Of a DNA stretch of 64,000 nt, positions 25,099 to 37,480 are shown one piece after another (position 1 is the stretch's first letter; each line of letters opens with the position of its first letter). The stretch comes from Octopus bimaculoides. Its lineage: Eukaryota. Under the pieces are notes generated by a model that was not told the origin of the DNA, searched no databases, and saw nothing but the letters and a program-made list of their open reading frames with translations. Location: contig NC_068992.1 of the NCBI RefSeq assembly GCF_001194135.2, forward strand, positions 64,065,116-64,129,115, read 5' to 3'. Both the position numbers and the translations under genes were made by a program.

Positions 25099-28000
25099 AA
25101 CATGGATGCATATGCACCGGCGTAGATGTGTGGTTTAAAAATTCGCTTGACAACCACGTGGTTCAATGTTCGAACACACTCCTCATCAGCTTGGTTAAGG
25201 GCTTTGGACTGAAGTTGGTAAGCGTGCAGAAGTCAATGGTGTGTGTGTGTGTGTGTGTGTGCATTTATGTTTACACCTGTCTGAAATCTGTGTTGTGTAT
25301 GTCTCGCACCGGTTCGACAAATAGTGTTCGAAGCAGTAATTACCGAGGTCGATTATGAAAGCATGGCCGTAGTTTAACGACTAAAATCAGTGACAGAACC
25401 TCTATAATATGTTCCGCAACAAATACATACATTACATACACACGTGTAATATCCGTATTAATTTGCACACAATTCATGTATGTGTAGTATATAACGTACG
25501 TGTATAGCAGATGCAAATATAATTACCACATATATATAACGTACGTATATTTACCGCACATACAAAAATGTTATATGCACATAGAAACATATATTGCATA
25601 TACAATCATTTAACGGCAACGATGATATAAATTTTTAGATGCTTTGAGTCCACTATGTTTGTGAATTGCGGAGCATATATCTCACTTTGTTTATGCTATA
25701 TGTGTGTGTCTATGTGCAAACATGCATGTAACCTCCTTGTATATACAATATATACATGCATATCACATAAATGTGAAATGTATGCATCTATATAAATGTG
25801 AAATGTATGCATCTATATATGTACATATAAAAAGTATACATTTATGTCCATATTACACACACTCCAGACGTGATACACCGATACTCTCTTCTGGTTACCA
25901 TCGAACTCTTTTGTAGATGTTGCGATGACGGTGTATGTCAACACTAGATGTAAAGATTGGATATGAGATTGTTGGTTGGAGAGACCAAGTGTAACTATGT
26001 GCATGCCTCTTTTACTGTTTCCCTGGTTGTGCAGTGCATTTTCCCTCCATATCTTCAAGCAGTCTCCAGTCAGAGCGCCAACATGAACAGCAGGTAGTGA
26101 TGTCTTCTTCAACTCTTAAAAGAGTTAATGTTACTCCTTTTAACACACATATGTATGTTCTTAAAAACATATCTGTAGATATAGGTCTAATGCCTATAAC
26201 ACAAGAGTGTGTGTATATGTATGGATATATATATATATATATAACATGCATATACAATATGAATATATACAAAAGGAGCTATGTATAATAATTATGTATG
26301 AAGTGTGCTGATGATAAGGACGTAAAACCATTTATTTCTACAGTGGAAGAAGTTGGATGGGAAAACGCGTAGAAAGTGTAATTTTAGTTCACTTGTAAAA
26401 TATAACACTTAGCTTTGTTTTTAACGGAGGAAGAAGGCATCCAACAGCAATTTCCTACCTAAAATCAAGTTCAGCTAAGCAGCCCAGATGAGACGGAAAG
26501 TATTAACCTATCTGTACCAACAGATATTAGTAAAAGAAATACTGCTAGTAATAAACAAATAACTGAACAGCGCACAACCTATATACACATACAAAAGCAA
26601 GACCACATATCTAACGACTAAACAAACGAGCTAAGCCCGTACTTTGGTTTCGATTTACGATTTGTATTGACTATAAGTCCGTGCGTGGTAAAATACCTCG
26701 TTTTATATGGAAAGGCAGGCATTTACATCACAACCCTGTGTGCCTTATTTAATCCTGAAACGTTTAGCTGACAGTCTGCATGTTTATGTATAAAATATAT
26801 GAGGACTCAAGGAAGGTGAGGTGGGGGTAGAAAACCTAACAGCGACGGGAGCAAAAAGGAGGATGGTTTCCTAAAATAGAGTTATCTCTCCTTAGGTAAA
26901 CGTTATTACGCATGCATATACAAACACAAACACGTACGTACCTACCAACCCATATATATATATGTGTGTGTGTGTGTGTGTTTATATATATACATACATA
27001 TACACATTGAATGTGCAAGAGACAGTGAGTGAGCGAGTACAAGTGTGTGTTTGTGGATGTGTTGGCACACAAACGTTGCGTTGAGAAGAGCTCTCCAATA
27101 CATATATCACACGCACGATATATATATGTATATATATATATCTTAGTATAAACTACAGCAAAGCATTTTCGACTACAATAACTACAGCATCAACAACAAG
27201 TGCTCTAAGTTGGCAGTGATGGTTACTGAGAGCCGAGGTGGTGGTGACTCAAAAGAAGCACATTTAGAGATTTATAATAGACATTTAGACAGACTGACTA
27301 ACATGCCAAACGGTTATTCACTCACACACGCCAACAATGTGCATCTCAAAAATTATATATATAAAGTTATATGGCCGCGTATATATGTTATGTATGAGTG
27401 TGTGTATAGAGCTGTTCCTTCCTAGTATTTAATTTCCTCCTCTTCTCTGTGTGTGTGTGTGTGTGTTCAGGAAAGATAGATGCGTGTTTATAGCTGTTTT
27501 TATACACAATCTTATACATACATAGGCTTCTAGTTCGAGTCCTGCAGGTAGCCTTCGAGCACTTTTTTTCTTTGTTGTTGCATCTAAGTTTTTTGTTAAA
27601 ACTTATTATGATATTATTACACGTTATCATTTATAGCTGTGTCCACTTCGAGATTCACTCCTTAAAATGACTAAGTAACAGCATCCAACCCTCCCTTGTC
27701 AACACCGCTGTGATTGAGTCTATGTGTGTGTGGAGTGTACATATATGTATGTATTGTATGCATGTGTGTGCGTATATTTATAGATGTGCATGCATGTGTA
27801 TATATATATATGTATGCGAGTGTCTGTGGGTGTGTGAGTGTTTGTTGTCAATTTCACGATAAGCGATGTGATGTGATGAGGAAATTAGGCGAGATGAGAA
27901 AAATAAAAACAAACAAACAAAATAATAAAACAACGATGTGAGATGTTGCTGAAGAAGAGATAACGAGATGTATGAGACGGTTTGTGATGAGATGATATGA

Positions 28001-28324
28001 ACTGAGTGGAAAAGAAGACGAGAAAAAGATGAAATGACATGAGAGGAAAGTAAGATGAGATGAAGTCTGCAAAACAGAGGAAAATATAAATCAACACCAA
28101 CTAATAGTAAAATTTGTTTGCTCGCTGATTTGTTGATTCTTTTTCATTTTTTATTCTTTTAATGTTTGCTTCGTTTTTCTCATTACGACAAATACACAGA
28201 ACATCGCACATTTGTGTGCGTGTATGTATGTGTGTGTGTGTGTGTATATATATATACACGTACATATACACAAAATTACAGTCAGTGGAAAGGGGAAAAA
28301 ATTGATTGAAACGTCATGACTTAC

Positions 28325-28435
28325 CCTAGTAGCTCCCGAAACTTCACGCATAATAGCTTCGAAAGCAGCTGTCTCCTCTGCCTGCTTTTGATTATGTAAA
28401 GCTATCTTCTCACTGAACTTCCGTGGATTCGCCAT
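28325..28435 (-). CDS. CRTC: CRTC (CREB-regulated transcription coactivator, TORC) coding exon 1, CREB-binding N-terminal helix
   Basis: Translates [37 protein letters not shown], the TORC_N signature (human CRTC1 [27 protein letters not shown]). ATG context GCCATCATGG; ends at donor AGG|GTAAGT; 111 nt, phase 0. Confidence 0.98.
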
Positions 28436-28492
28436 GATGGCTGCAGACTTGTTATGATTCCAGCAATGCAGGCGATCTGACCTGGCTAGCCT

Positions 28493-28502
28493 CAGCCAAT
28501 CA
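28493..28502 (+). promoter_or_regulatory. CCAAT box (NF-Y-like) about 60 nt upstream of the CRTC ATG
   Basis: CAGCCAATCA matches the NF-Y consensus and sits in the CpG-rich domain just 5' of exon 1. TSS unknown. Confidence 0.45.
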
Positions 28503-30324
28503 TAAGCCTGCGTTTTGGTCATGTGTGTGTTCTCTGTGTACATGCATATGTGTGTGTCTGTTTGTATGCGCATGTGTGTTTTGTTGTCTGTGTGTGTGTG
28601 TGTATCTTTATCTATATGTGAATCTATGTGTTTTGTGTGTATGTATGTGTTGGTGTGTGTTTATCAGTAGTTCTATTTTGTACGTATGAATATGTCTGTG
28701 TGTGTTTGTGTAATTATTGCCTTATGTGTATGTATCTGTATGTGTATTTGTATTTTGTGTATACATGTATGTGTTTGTGTATATGTATAGATGTTGTGTG
28801 CAACAAAATAACAATAAGAAAAGAAACAAAACAACTTTTTAAAGAAATGTACAACAATCAAAACAAATAAAAATGAAACAAAACAAACAAAAAGAAAGCA
28901 GTACAATCGTTTCAAACGATTTACGATTCTATCTATGGAATTCTGTATAGCCAACAATTTTACTCATCAAACTTTGTTGTTTATTGAAACTAATACTTTT
29001 ATTGCTATTAATTATAATAATGATAGTAGGCTACGGGTGGTGGACTAGTAGAATCAGTAGAGTATCGGACAAAATATATAACGCTATTTCATTACGGCTT
29101 TTTACGTTCTAAGTTCAAATCTCCGAGCTCGACTTCGCTTTTCATTCTTCCGGGGTTGATAAAACAAGTACCAGTTGCATACTGAGATTGAATTATACCT
29201 CCCTTGCACACACATACTCACATTTAAGACCGTGTGCCTGTGTAAGAGATCGATATTATTAGGTTATGGGTATGGGTTCGGGGTTTGGCTGATGGATTTG
29301 TAGAACGGAATCGGTAAAGTGGTAGAAAACATGAAATGTCTTTTGCGGTCTTCAGTTATTTCCCTTTATATTCTAAGCTCGAATCACGCCGAGGGTTGAC
29401 TGCGCCCTTTTTGTCATTCAGTAGGCGCTAAAATAAAGTACCATTTAAGTACCAGTGCCGATTTAACCGACTAGTCCCCCTCTCACTGTCTGGCCACGTG
29501 TAACAAATTATTTTTGTTTTAGGTCTAAAAGCAATGGTTTAGTAGAATTGGAAGAACAGAAAACACACACACACACACAGACATACACACAGACACACAC
29601 GCGCGCGCGCACACACACACACATACATACACGCACAAGAAAAAAGTACAACAGTTTCATATGATTGACGGTCCTAACTATGGAATTCTATACGATCTAC
29701 AATTTTGCTCCACAAACTTATTTCCTTGTTTATCATCCTTGCGTCCATCAACAGTTGAAAAATGAATTAAAATTAATAAAAACAAAAACTAAATTAAATT
29801 TAGTAGAAATCTTGTTCTGTTATATTATGAATTCAGATCTCACTGAGATTGACTTCACAGCTGGATTTGACTTCATCTTTTATCCTTTTGAGGGTGGTGT
29901 GTCAATAAGTTGGGGCCCAATCAAATGCTGGACTGGATCATCATTATCATCATCATCTTCATTATCATCATTTAACGTCCGTTTTCCATGCTGGCATGGG
30001 TCAGACAGTTTGACAGGAGCTGACCTGCTGAAGAGCTGTTCAGGCTCCATGTCTGTTTTGGCATGATTTCTACGACTGGTTGCCCTTCTTAATGCTAACC
30101 CCTTTGCAGAGTGTATTGGGTGCTTTTTATGTGGCACCAGCACCTACAAGCCTGCAAGATCAGGGATGTTCAGCTGGAAGGGGTTGCAAGAGACAAGCCT
30201 GTATGCAAAGGCAACCACAATTTTACTTAGCTTCACATATCTTTTCAAACACAGCAAACCACCAGGAGTCTCAGTCACTTGTCCCTTCTGTGAGTCCCAA
30301 CGTTTGTAGATCGTTTCTCACCAC

Positions 30325-30967
30325 TGTGGTTTGAAGGAACATAAATGAAGTAGTTCTTACCTCAACTTGCAGTCAGGTACCGCCAGCAGATGGTTCAATT
30401 CTTAACACGTTTTGCCATGACCTCTCTTTGCCACATCTCACCTCTGTCACAGATAGCATGAACAAGAGGGAAACTTTTCTTCTCACTCGCTGATGTGACA
30501 TCACCTCTTCTCTCTTCCAATCTTCCTTCCGTCACATGCCTCCCCCACTCCCGATCTAAAAAACACTGCTCCTCTTTTCTGTCTCATAATCGTCCATCCA
30601 CCTGGCAGTGAAGACATGTTCCCTTAGAGATCTCTATAGAATCACAGGGCTGCTTTCCCTCTCCCCTTCATCATCAGAAGAACAATCACCCTTCGAATAT
30701 CCAGGACATGATGCAACATTCCATCCACTGATACACTATTCAAAGTACTGATAGCAGTTACCTTTCCTTTTCCCCATTGCATTGTGTACTGAGCGTTTGG
30801 GGGCTTCACCCACACTTCGTCTCCAACCTGCACAGATGTAATCCCTTCCACCTCTATCTGCTGTGGCACCATGCTCAGGTGTCTTCATTTGTACTGGAAT
30901 ACGGCCCTGCGTGGGACTGACTCTTTTGCTTGCCCTACCCAGGGCAACATGTTATACCAGAAGACTG
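30325..30967 (-). mobile_element. 3' end of a Gypsy-type LTR retrotransposon: integrase C-terminus, polypurine tract and short 3' LTR
   Basis: AVFWYNMLPWVGQAKESVP and VGDEVWVKPPNAQYTMQWGKGKVTAISTLNSVSVDGMLHHVLDIRRV, then PPT GGGAGTGGGGGAGG-CA followed by TG...CA (30536-30325). Confidence 0.7.
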
Positions 30968-31658
30968 TCTCTATAGGGCAGATTTGTCCCCTTTCAGTGA
31001 AAGTGTTTTGGGAGGAGGGTGTTGACAATTTTCGGAAATTCCACTTAAATTCCTCTTAACTTTCAGGAAAATGAATATTTTTTCGTGAAATTTTCTACAA
31101 ATATACCTTGATGTATGTACATTTCGAGCATGTAGGAATTTTGAAGGAAACAACTGCAGGTTATTTTTGAGAAGTGTTCCCCACTCGGTGGTGTTTCGGA
31201 GCAAGTCGTCCATATTTGTTTAATTTTTCTCTATTATGTGCATAAGTGCATCCATAGATTTCTAATGAAGTAATAGGCAGTGAAGAGAAGCCGTCATAAG
31301 AAAACTTTTAACTACCTCTAGCCCTTTCTCCCCCTCTCCCCACCTCTTGCTCTCTCAAACGCATACACATGCAAGTACACAATCATTCAGTAAAATATAA
31401 CTCGTCGATATTTTGTAAATATACCACGATTTTCACTAGGGTGTTAGGGTTAGGGTTTTAGGGTCAGGGTTAGGGTTTAGGGTTACGGTTAGGGTTAGGA
31501 TTAGTGTTACGGTTTTGGGGTCAGGGTTAGGGTTTTAGGGTTAGGGTTTAGGGTTAATGTTAGGGTTAGTGTTAGGATTAGGTTTAGGATTAGGGTTGGG
31601 TAATCATGCGGGTGTTAATCTGAAAAATTACAGATATGTGAAAAGTACCGACCCTGCC
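30968..31658 (-). mobile_element. Truncated Merlin-like DNA element with subterminal telomere-like repeats
   Basis: GGCAGGGTCGG terminus at 31658, a (TTAGGG)n-like array at 31437-31601, then a frameshifted ORF from 31213 with PTCSKC...FKWNFRK resembling the Merlin/IS1595 N-terminal zinc ribbon. Confidence 0.4.
31437..31601 (+). repeat. Degenerate interstitial telomere-like (TTAGGG)n array
   Basis: More than 20 TTAGGG/TTTAGGG/TCAGGG/TTACGG/TTAGGA units are directly visible. Confidence 0.9.
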
Positions 31659-32853
31659 ATCTATGTTAACTTCTTGCATACTTCCAGCCCAGACCAACAT
31701 CATATCTCCTCCACTATTTAAGTATTACGTGTGAAAAATGAAACAAAAACACTCATGTCATTTGAACCGGAATCTCAAAAACATTGTTATTATTAAATTT
31801 ATGCATTTCTAATCAATTTGGAGATATTTGTTATCGAGTTGCAGATTTTTAACAATGCATTTGGTGATTATTTGCTTTATTTCTTGGGCAAAATTTACAA
31901 CTTAGAATAAAAGAATAAAATTATTATTTCATTCAAAAATTGATGAGCTTTGTTTTTAGAAATGGTAAATATTTTTTCTAACTGTATTTGCTTGAAAAAA
32001 CATACTTTTCTTTATATTAAGCAATTCATTATAATTACTTTTACGATGTGCCTAAATAAAAACCATCGTTATAGATCAGCATTTCTCAACCTTTTTCNNN
32101 NNNNNNNNNNNNNNNNNNNNNNNNNNNNNNNNNNNNNNNNNNNNNNNNNNNNNNNNNNNNNNNNNNNNNNNNNNNNNNNNNNNNNNNNNNNNNNNNNNNN
32201 NNNNNNNNNNNNNNNNNNNNNNNNNNNNNNNNNNNNNNNNNNNNNNNNNNNNNNNNNNNNNNNNNNNNNNNNNNNNNNNNNNNNNNNNNNNNNNNNNNNN
32301 NNNNNNNNNNNNNNNNNNNNNNNNNNNNNNNNNNNNNNNNNNNNNNNNNNNNNNNNNNNNNNNNNNNNNNNNNNNNNNNNNNNNNNNNNNNNNNNNNNNN
32401 NNNNNNNNNNNNNNNNNNNNNNNNNNNNNNNNNNNNNNNNNNNNNNNNNNNNNNNNNNNNNNNNNNNNNNNNNNNNNNNNNNNNNNNNNNNNNNNNNNNN
32501 NNNNNNNNNNNNNNNNNNNNNNNNNNNNNNNNNNNNNNNNNNNNNNNNNNNNNNNNNNNNNNNNNNNNNNNNNNNNNNNNNNNNNNNNNNNNNNNNNNNN
32601 NNNNNNNNNNNNNNNNNNNNNNNNNNNNNNNNNNNNNNNNNNNNNNNNNNNNNNNNNNNNNNNNNNNNNNNNNNNNNNNNNNNNNNNNNNNNNNNNNNNN
32701 NNNNNNNNNNNNNNNNNNNNNNNNNNNNNNNNNNNNNNNNNNNNNNNNNNNNNNNNNNNNNNNNNNNNNNNNNNNNNNNNNNNNNNNNNNNNNNNNNNNN
32801 NNNNNNNNNNNNNNNNNNNNNNNNNNNNNNNNNNNNNNNNNNNNNNNNNNNNN

Positions 32854-32891
<38 letters not shown>

Positions 32892-33947
32892 GTTTGTTTA
32901 TATAGGAATGTGTATATATCAGTTTATATAGGAATCAGAAGCATACCCCTTTGTAGGAAAGATAGGTAGTGCCAGGCTAAAACTAGATTATAATTAATGA
33001 TTATTAAATATATAAAAAAAGCAAATGAATGATGCATTCAAAACTTCTTTAATGCATGGAATTCAGTATAGAATTTAGTAAATGGAAACTAATTTGATAT
33101 TATAAAGGCACAATTTCTGATGCCTTTTGAGCTGAAAGTACATACTAGCACACAACATTATTAATCCATATGCTATGAATGAACATCCAAAATGAAATTA
33201 ATATTTTGCTATGAAGGCAAAAATTAAACAGCCTCATCTCAGATGCTCAGTATCATTACAAGTGAATAGTAGTATGTGCTTGTGTGTTTATAGCAAAATT
33301 GGGTTAATTGAGCTAATTTATTTAACAGACAATATATCTCATGATAGTGTATAAAGTACTAGTAGTGGATACTAGTATAAAACAATAATAATGAATTCAC
33401 TCAGCTTTTTTCTTTTATACCTGCAGATGTATATCATCTTCCTCTTTGTCATCGTTATTGTTGTCGCCGTCATCGTCGTCAACATCTTCGTTTAACATGT
33501 ATCCTCCATGTTGGCGTACGTTGGGAAGTTCGACAGGATCCAACAAGTCAAAGGGCTGTGTTGAACTCCAATGTCTGCTTTGGCGAAGATTTACAACTGG
33601 GTGCCCTACCAAATTCTAATCACTTTACAAAATTGCCCTTAATGTTTTTTTTTTCATGCTACAGGTGCTAGTGGGGTCACTAATTAGCTTACAAGATGAA
33701 ACCTCTCTACTAAGTAGGGAGTGCAATATTGAGGGAGGTGCCTTTATGCCAGGTCTTAAGTCCTAGAGTCAGCTTATTCAACTAAAATTCTTCAAGACGG
33801 TGCCCCAGCATGGCTACAGTCCAATGACTGAAAAAGTAAAAGATAAAAGAATGTGTGTGTGTGGATGCATGCTGTGAGTGTGTGTGTTTGATGTGCATGT
33901 GTGTGTATGTGTGTGTGAGTGTGTATGTGTGTGTGAGTGTGTGTGTG

Positions 33948-34344
33948 TTAGGTTAGAAAGAAAATGCAGTCACATTTTAAGATGGTAAGAAATAAATACT
34001 TCTTTAGTTTTAATTGATACATTTAATCAAGATAGCATTGCTCCTTTTTATTAATAACATAATCCCTTTTATTTGGCAAATTGTTGATCCTTTGGACATG
34101 AAATTCTTCAGGTTCCAAAGCAAAGAAACATTCAACATCATTTTTAACTTCTTCACAATTAATAAACTGTTTTCCCTCCAAATAATGCTGCAATGATCTG
34201 TTCTGTGGTAAGAAGCTTGCTCCCCAACCACATGGTTCCATGGTTCAGTCCCACTGTGTGGCACCTTGGGCAAGTGTCTTCTACTATAGCCTCAGGCCGA
34301 CCAAGCCTTGTGAGTGGATTTGGTAGACAGAAATTGAAAGTATC

Positions 34345-34381
<37 letters not shown>

Positions 34382-36073
34382 GTATATGTATGTATGTATT
34401 TGTGTGTCTGTGTTTGTCCCCCTCCCACCATCGCTTGACAACAGATGTTGGTGTGTTTATGTCTCCATTACTTAGCAGTTTGGCAAAAAGAGTCCGATGA
34501 AATAAGTACTAGGCTTACAAAGAATAAGTCCTAGGGTCGATTTGCTCAACTAAAGGCGGTGCTCCAGCATGGCCACAGTCAAAATGACTGAAACAAGTAA
34601 AACAAAATAAAAGAATAAATGATCTGAAAAGATGATTATCATATGGAGCAAGATCAGAGAGGATGAGGCAAAACTGCCATATTTAGTGTCATATTCTTTT
34701 CCCTACTTATTTGATCAATATGTGGTAGCAAGCTGGCAGAATCGTTAGCAGGCCGGGCAAAATGCATAGCGGCATTTCATCAGTCTATACGTTCTGAGTT
34801 CAAATTCTGCCGAGGTCAACTTTGCCTTTCATCCTTTCGGGGTTGATAAATTAAGTACCAGTGAAACACTGGGGTCGATGTAATCAACTAGTCCCCTCTC
34901 CTAAAATTTCAGGCCTTGTGCCTTTAGTAGAAAGGATTATGAGCAACACCCCTTACAACTTGACAAATGATGGCTACGTTTGTTTTGCAAGTTTTTGTTC
35001 AATGCTTCCAATTGATGACAACATTTCTCTGAATTAGATGTTTCATGTTGATTTTGCCCTTCATGACAGATGACATCACAGCATAATATCTTTCATATGC
35101 AATCCTGGTTTGGGGTAATTCTTACTTTTTTATTGAGTGCTAACCATTTGTTGTTTCCATTGGACATGGTTACAGAGGCCTCACTTGACAGCATTTGTGT
35201 TGATTCAGTCCAGGAAAGGTTCAATAGCCAGTCTACTCGTCAATGTCAAGAAGAGAGCAACTCTTTGTTTAAAGCTGAGAAGCACTCAGTTGACAAGGGA
35301 TCCACTGACCAAGTTGAGATCATCATCATCATCATCATCATCATCATCGTCATCGTCGTCGTTATCATCATCATCATCATCATCATCATCATTTAACATC
35401 TGTTTTCTATGCTGGCATGGGTTAGATTGTGTGATTGCATATAGTAAGCCAGAGAGCTGCACTGGCTCCTGTCTGTTTCGGCTTAGTCTCTGCAGTTGGG
35501 TGTCTTTTCTAATGTTAACCACTCCGCAGAATGTACCAGGTGCCTTTTACACATCACTGGCACAGGTGCCTTTTATGTGCCTTTTAGTTGTTTTATGACT
35601 GAAGTGTGATTTGAACTGAACTGTTTTGCTAATTCTCATGCAGTATGTTTAGAATTTTCCGGAACTATGATTTTCAGAAGCTCAATATTGGCAGAACTTG
35701 GCCATCCAGATTGAGGGGAATTTACAAGAGAAAAATTTCCCAAGGGAAATTGGTCAAACCATTGTTGAAATGTCTGGACACTTAAAGCTTCATTTCCGTA
35801 GAAAGAATGAATACTCCTTACCACTTCCATTGCTGAAGAATGCCTTTGGAATTCACACAGCATGAAGTATGTGATATGGGTCTGATCTAAACTCATTTTA
35901 AAAGGGCAAAATCGATATGAGTTAGCTATTTTGGCATAAAAAAAATTTCAAAAAAAAGAAAAAAACAACCAAATATTAGAATATAAAATTAATACTTATT
36001 CTATGTAAGTATTGAAAAGGTACTCTCAAAGTGGCTGAGTCAAAAATCTGACAGGATTTTCTTTCTAACCTAA
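33948..36073 (-). mobile_element. Full-length degenerate mariner transposon with three nested retroposon insertions
   Basis: About 27-bp TIRs TTAGGTTAGAAAGAAAAT(G/C)C(A/T)GTCA at 33948 and 36073. Transposase pieces in order: HTH ...LCEFQRHSSAMEVVRSIHSFYGNEALSVQTFQQWF (35896-35636), LGQWIPCQLS...EPFLD (about 35310-35200), QLEALNKNLQNKR, DLAPYDNHLFRS, LQHYLEGKQF...EEVKN (about 34190-34025). Stops and frameshifts present. Confidence 0.9.
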
Positions 36074-36084
36074 TACATACATAT

Positions 36085-36119
<35 letters not shown>

Positions 36120-37437
36120 NNNNNNNNNNNNNNNNNNNNNNNNNNNNNNNNNNNNNNNNNNNNNNNNNNNNNNNNNNNNNNNNNNNNNNNNNNNNNNNNN
36201 NNNNNNNNNNNNNNNNNNNNNNNNNNNNNNNNNNNNNNNNNNNNNNNNNNNNNNNNNNNNNNNNNNNNNNNNNNNNNNNNNNNNNNNNNNNNNNNNNNNN
36301 NNNNNNNNNNNNNNNNNNNNNNNNNNNNNNNNNNNNNNNNNNNNNNNNNNNNNNNNNNNNNNNNNNNNNNNNNNNNNNNNNNNNNNNNNNNNNNNNNNNN
36401 NNNNNNNNNNNNNNNNNNNNNNNNNNNNNNNNNNNNNNNNNNNNNNNNNNNNNNNNNNNNNNNNNNNNNNNNNNNNNNNNNNNNNNNNNNNNNNNNNNNN
36501 NNNNNNNNNNNNNNNNNNNNNNNNNNNNNNNNNNNNNNNNNNNNNNNNNNNNNNNNNNNNNNNNNNNNNNNNNNNNNNNNNNNNNNNNNNNNNNNNNNNN
36601 NNNNNNNNNNNNNNNNNNNNNNNNNNNNNNNNNNNNNNNNNNNNNNNNNNNNNNNNNNNNNNNNNNNNNNNNNNNNNNNNNNNNNNNNNNNNNNNNNNNN
36701 NNNNNNNNNNNNNNNNNNNNNNNNNNNNNNNNNNNNNNNNNNNNNNNNNNNNNNNNNNNNNNNNNNNNNNNNNNNNNNNNNNNNNNNNNNNNNNNNNNNN
36801 NNNNNNNNNNNNNNNNNNNNNNNNNNNNNNNNNNNNNNNNNNNNNNNNNNNNNNNNNNNNNNNNNNNNNNNNNNNNNNNNNNNNNNNNNNNNNNNNNNNN
36901 NNNNNNNNNNNNNNNNNNNNNNNNNNNNNNNNNNNNNNNNNNNNNNNNNNNNNNNNNNNNNNNNNNNNNNNNNNNNNNNNNNNNNNNNNNNNNNNNNNNN
37001 NNNNNNNNNNNNNNNNNNNNNNNNNNNNNNNNNNNNNNNNNNNNNNNNNNNNNNNNNNNNNNNNNNNNNNNNNNNNNNNNNNNTATATATATATATATGT
37101 ATGTATGGATGTATGTATAAAGATAAATTAAATATAGCAATATTCTATTGACAATCCAATAATTTATTTATATTACAATATTACATTAAATACTATGAAT
37201 ATAATATATAACATAACATAGTATATAAACAATTATAAAAACCGTAAAAGGCCAACAAATTGTTTCGACTTAAATATATATTTTTTCTGATAAACATAAT
37301 CACTGTTCCATTATATATAAGTAGATTCAGGGTCCTTTGTTCAGAAAGTACCAGTGAATTGAATGTCTAACACACCCCTTTGAAGGATTTCTTTTCATCA
37401 GTTTGTTACTATATATATATATATATAGTCGTGCTAC

Positions 37438-37480
37438 TTCAGGCTGATGACGAGCAAAGACTCAGAAACATGTCCCTGAA
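37438..37480 (+). ncRNA. Candidate minimal type I hammerhead ribozyme (Penelope/retrozyme-like)
   Basis: TTCAGG-CTGATGA-C-GAG-caaaga-CTC-A-GAAA-C-AT-GTC-CCTGAA: 6-bp stem I, intact core, 3-bp stem II, palindromic ACATGT stem III and a GUC cleavage triplet. The 10.1-11.1 position is a C-A mismatch. Confidence 0.55.

Noticed and set aside
25150-25197. Second hammerhead-like motif on the minus strand (CTGATGAGGAG...TTCGAAC)
   Set aside because: Lacks the GAAA core and an NUH cleavage triplet, and overlaps a degenerate SINE-A head.
28312-28316. Half-CRE (CGTCA) at the start of CRTC intron 1, suggesting autoregulation
   Set aside because: A 5-mer is expected by chance in a CpG-rich domain, and there is no full TGACGTCA site.
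28151-28573. 140-aa ORF as a single-exon gene starting MRIQTD
   Set aside because: Only 28435-28325 is the CRTC exon. The flanks are microsatellite-rich UTR/promoter and intron read-through past a strong GTAAGT donor.
31950-37140. Long ORFs of 260-400 aa containing X runs (also at 40439-41924, 52521-53045 and 62393-62785)
   Set aside because: Artefacts of N gaps, which contain no stop codons.
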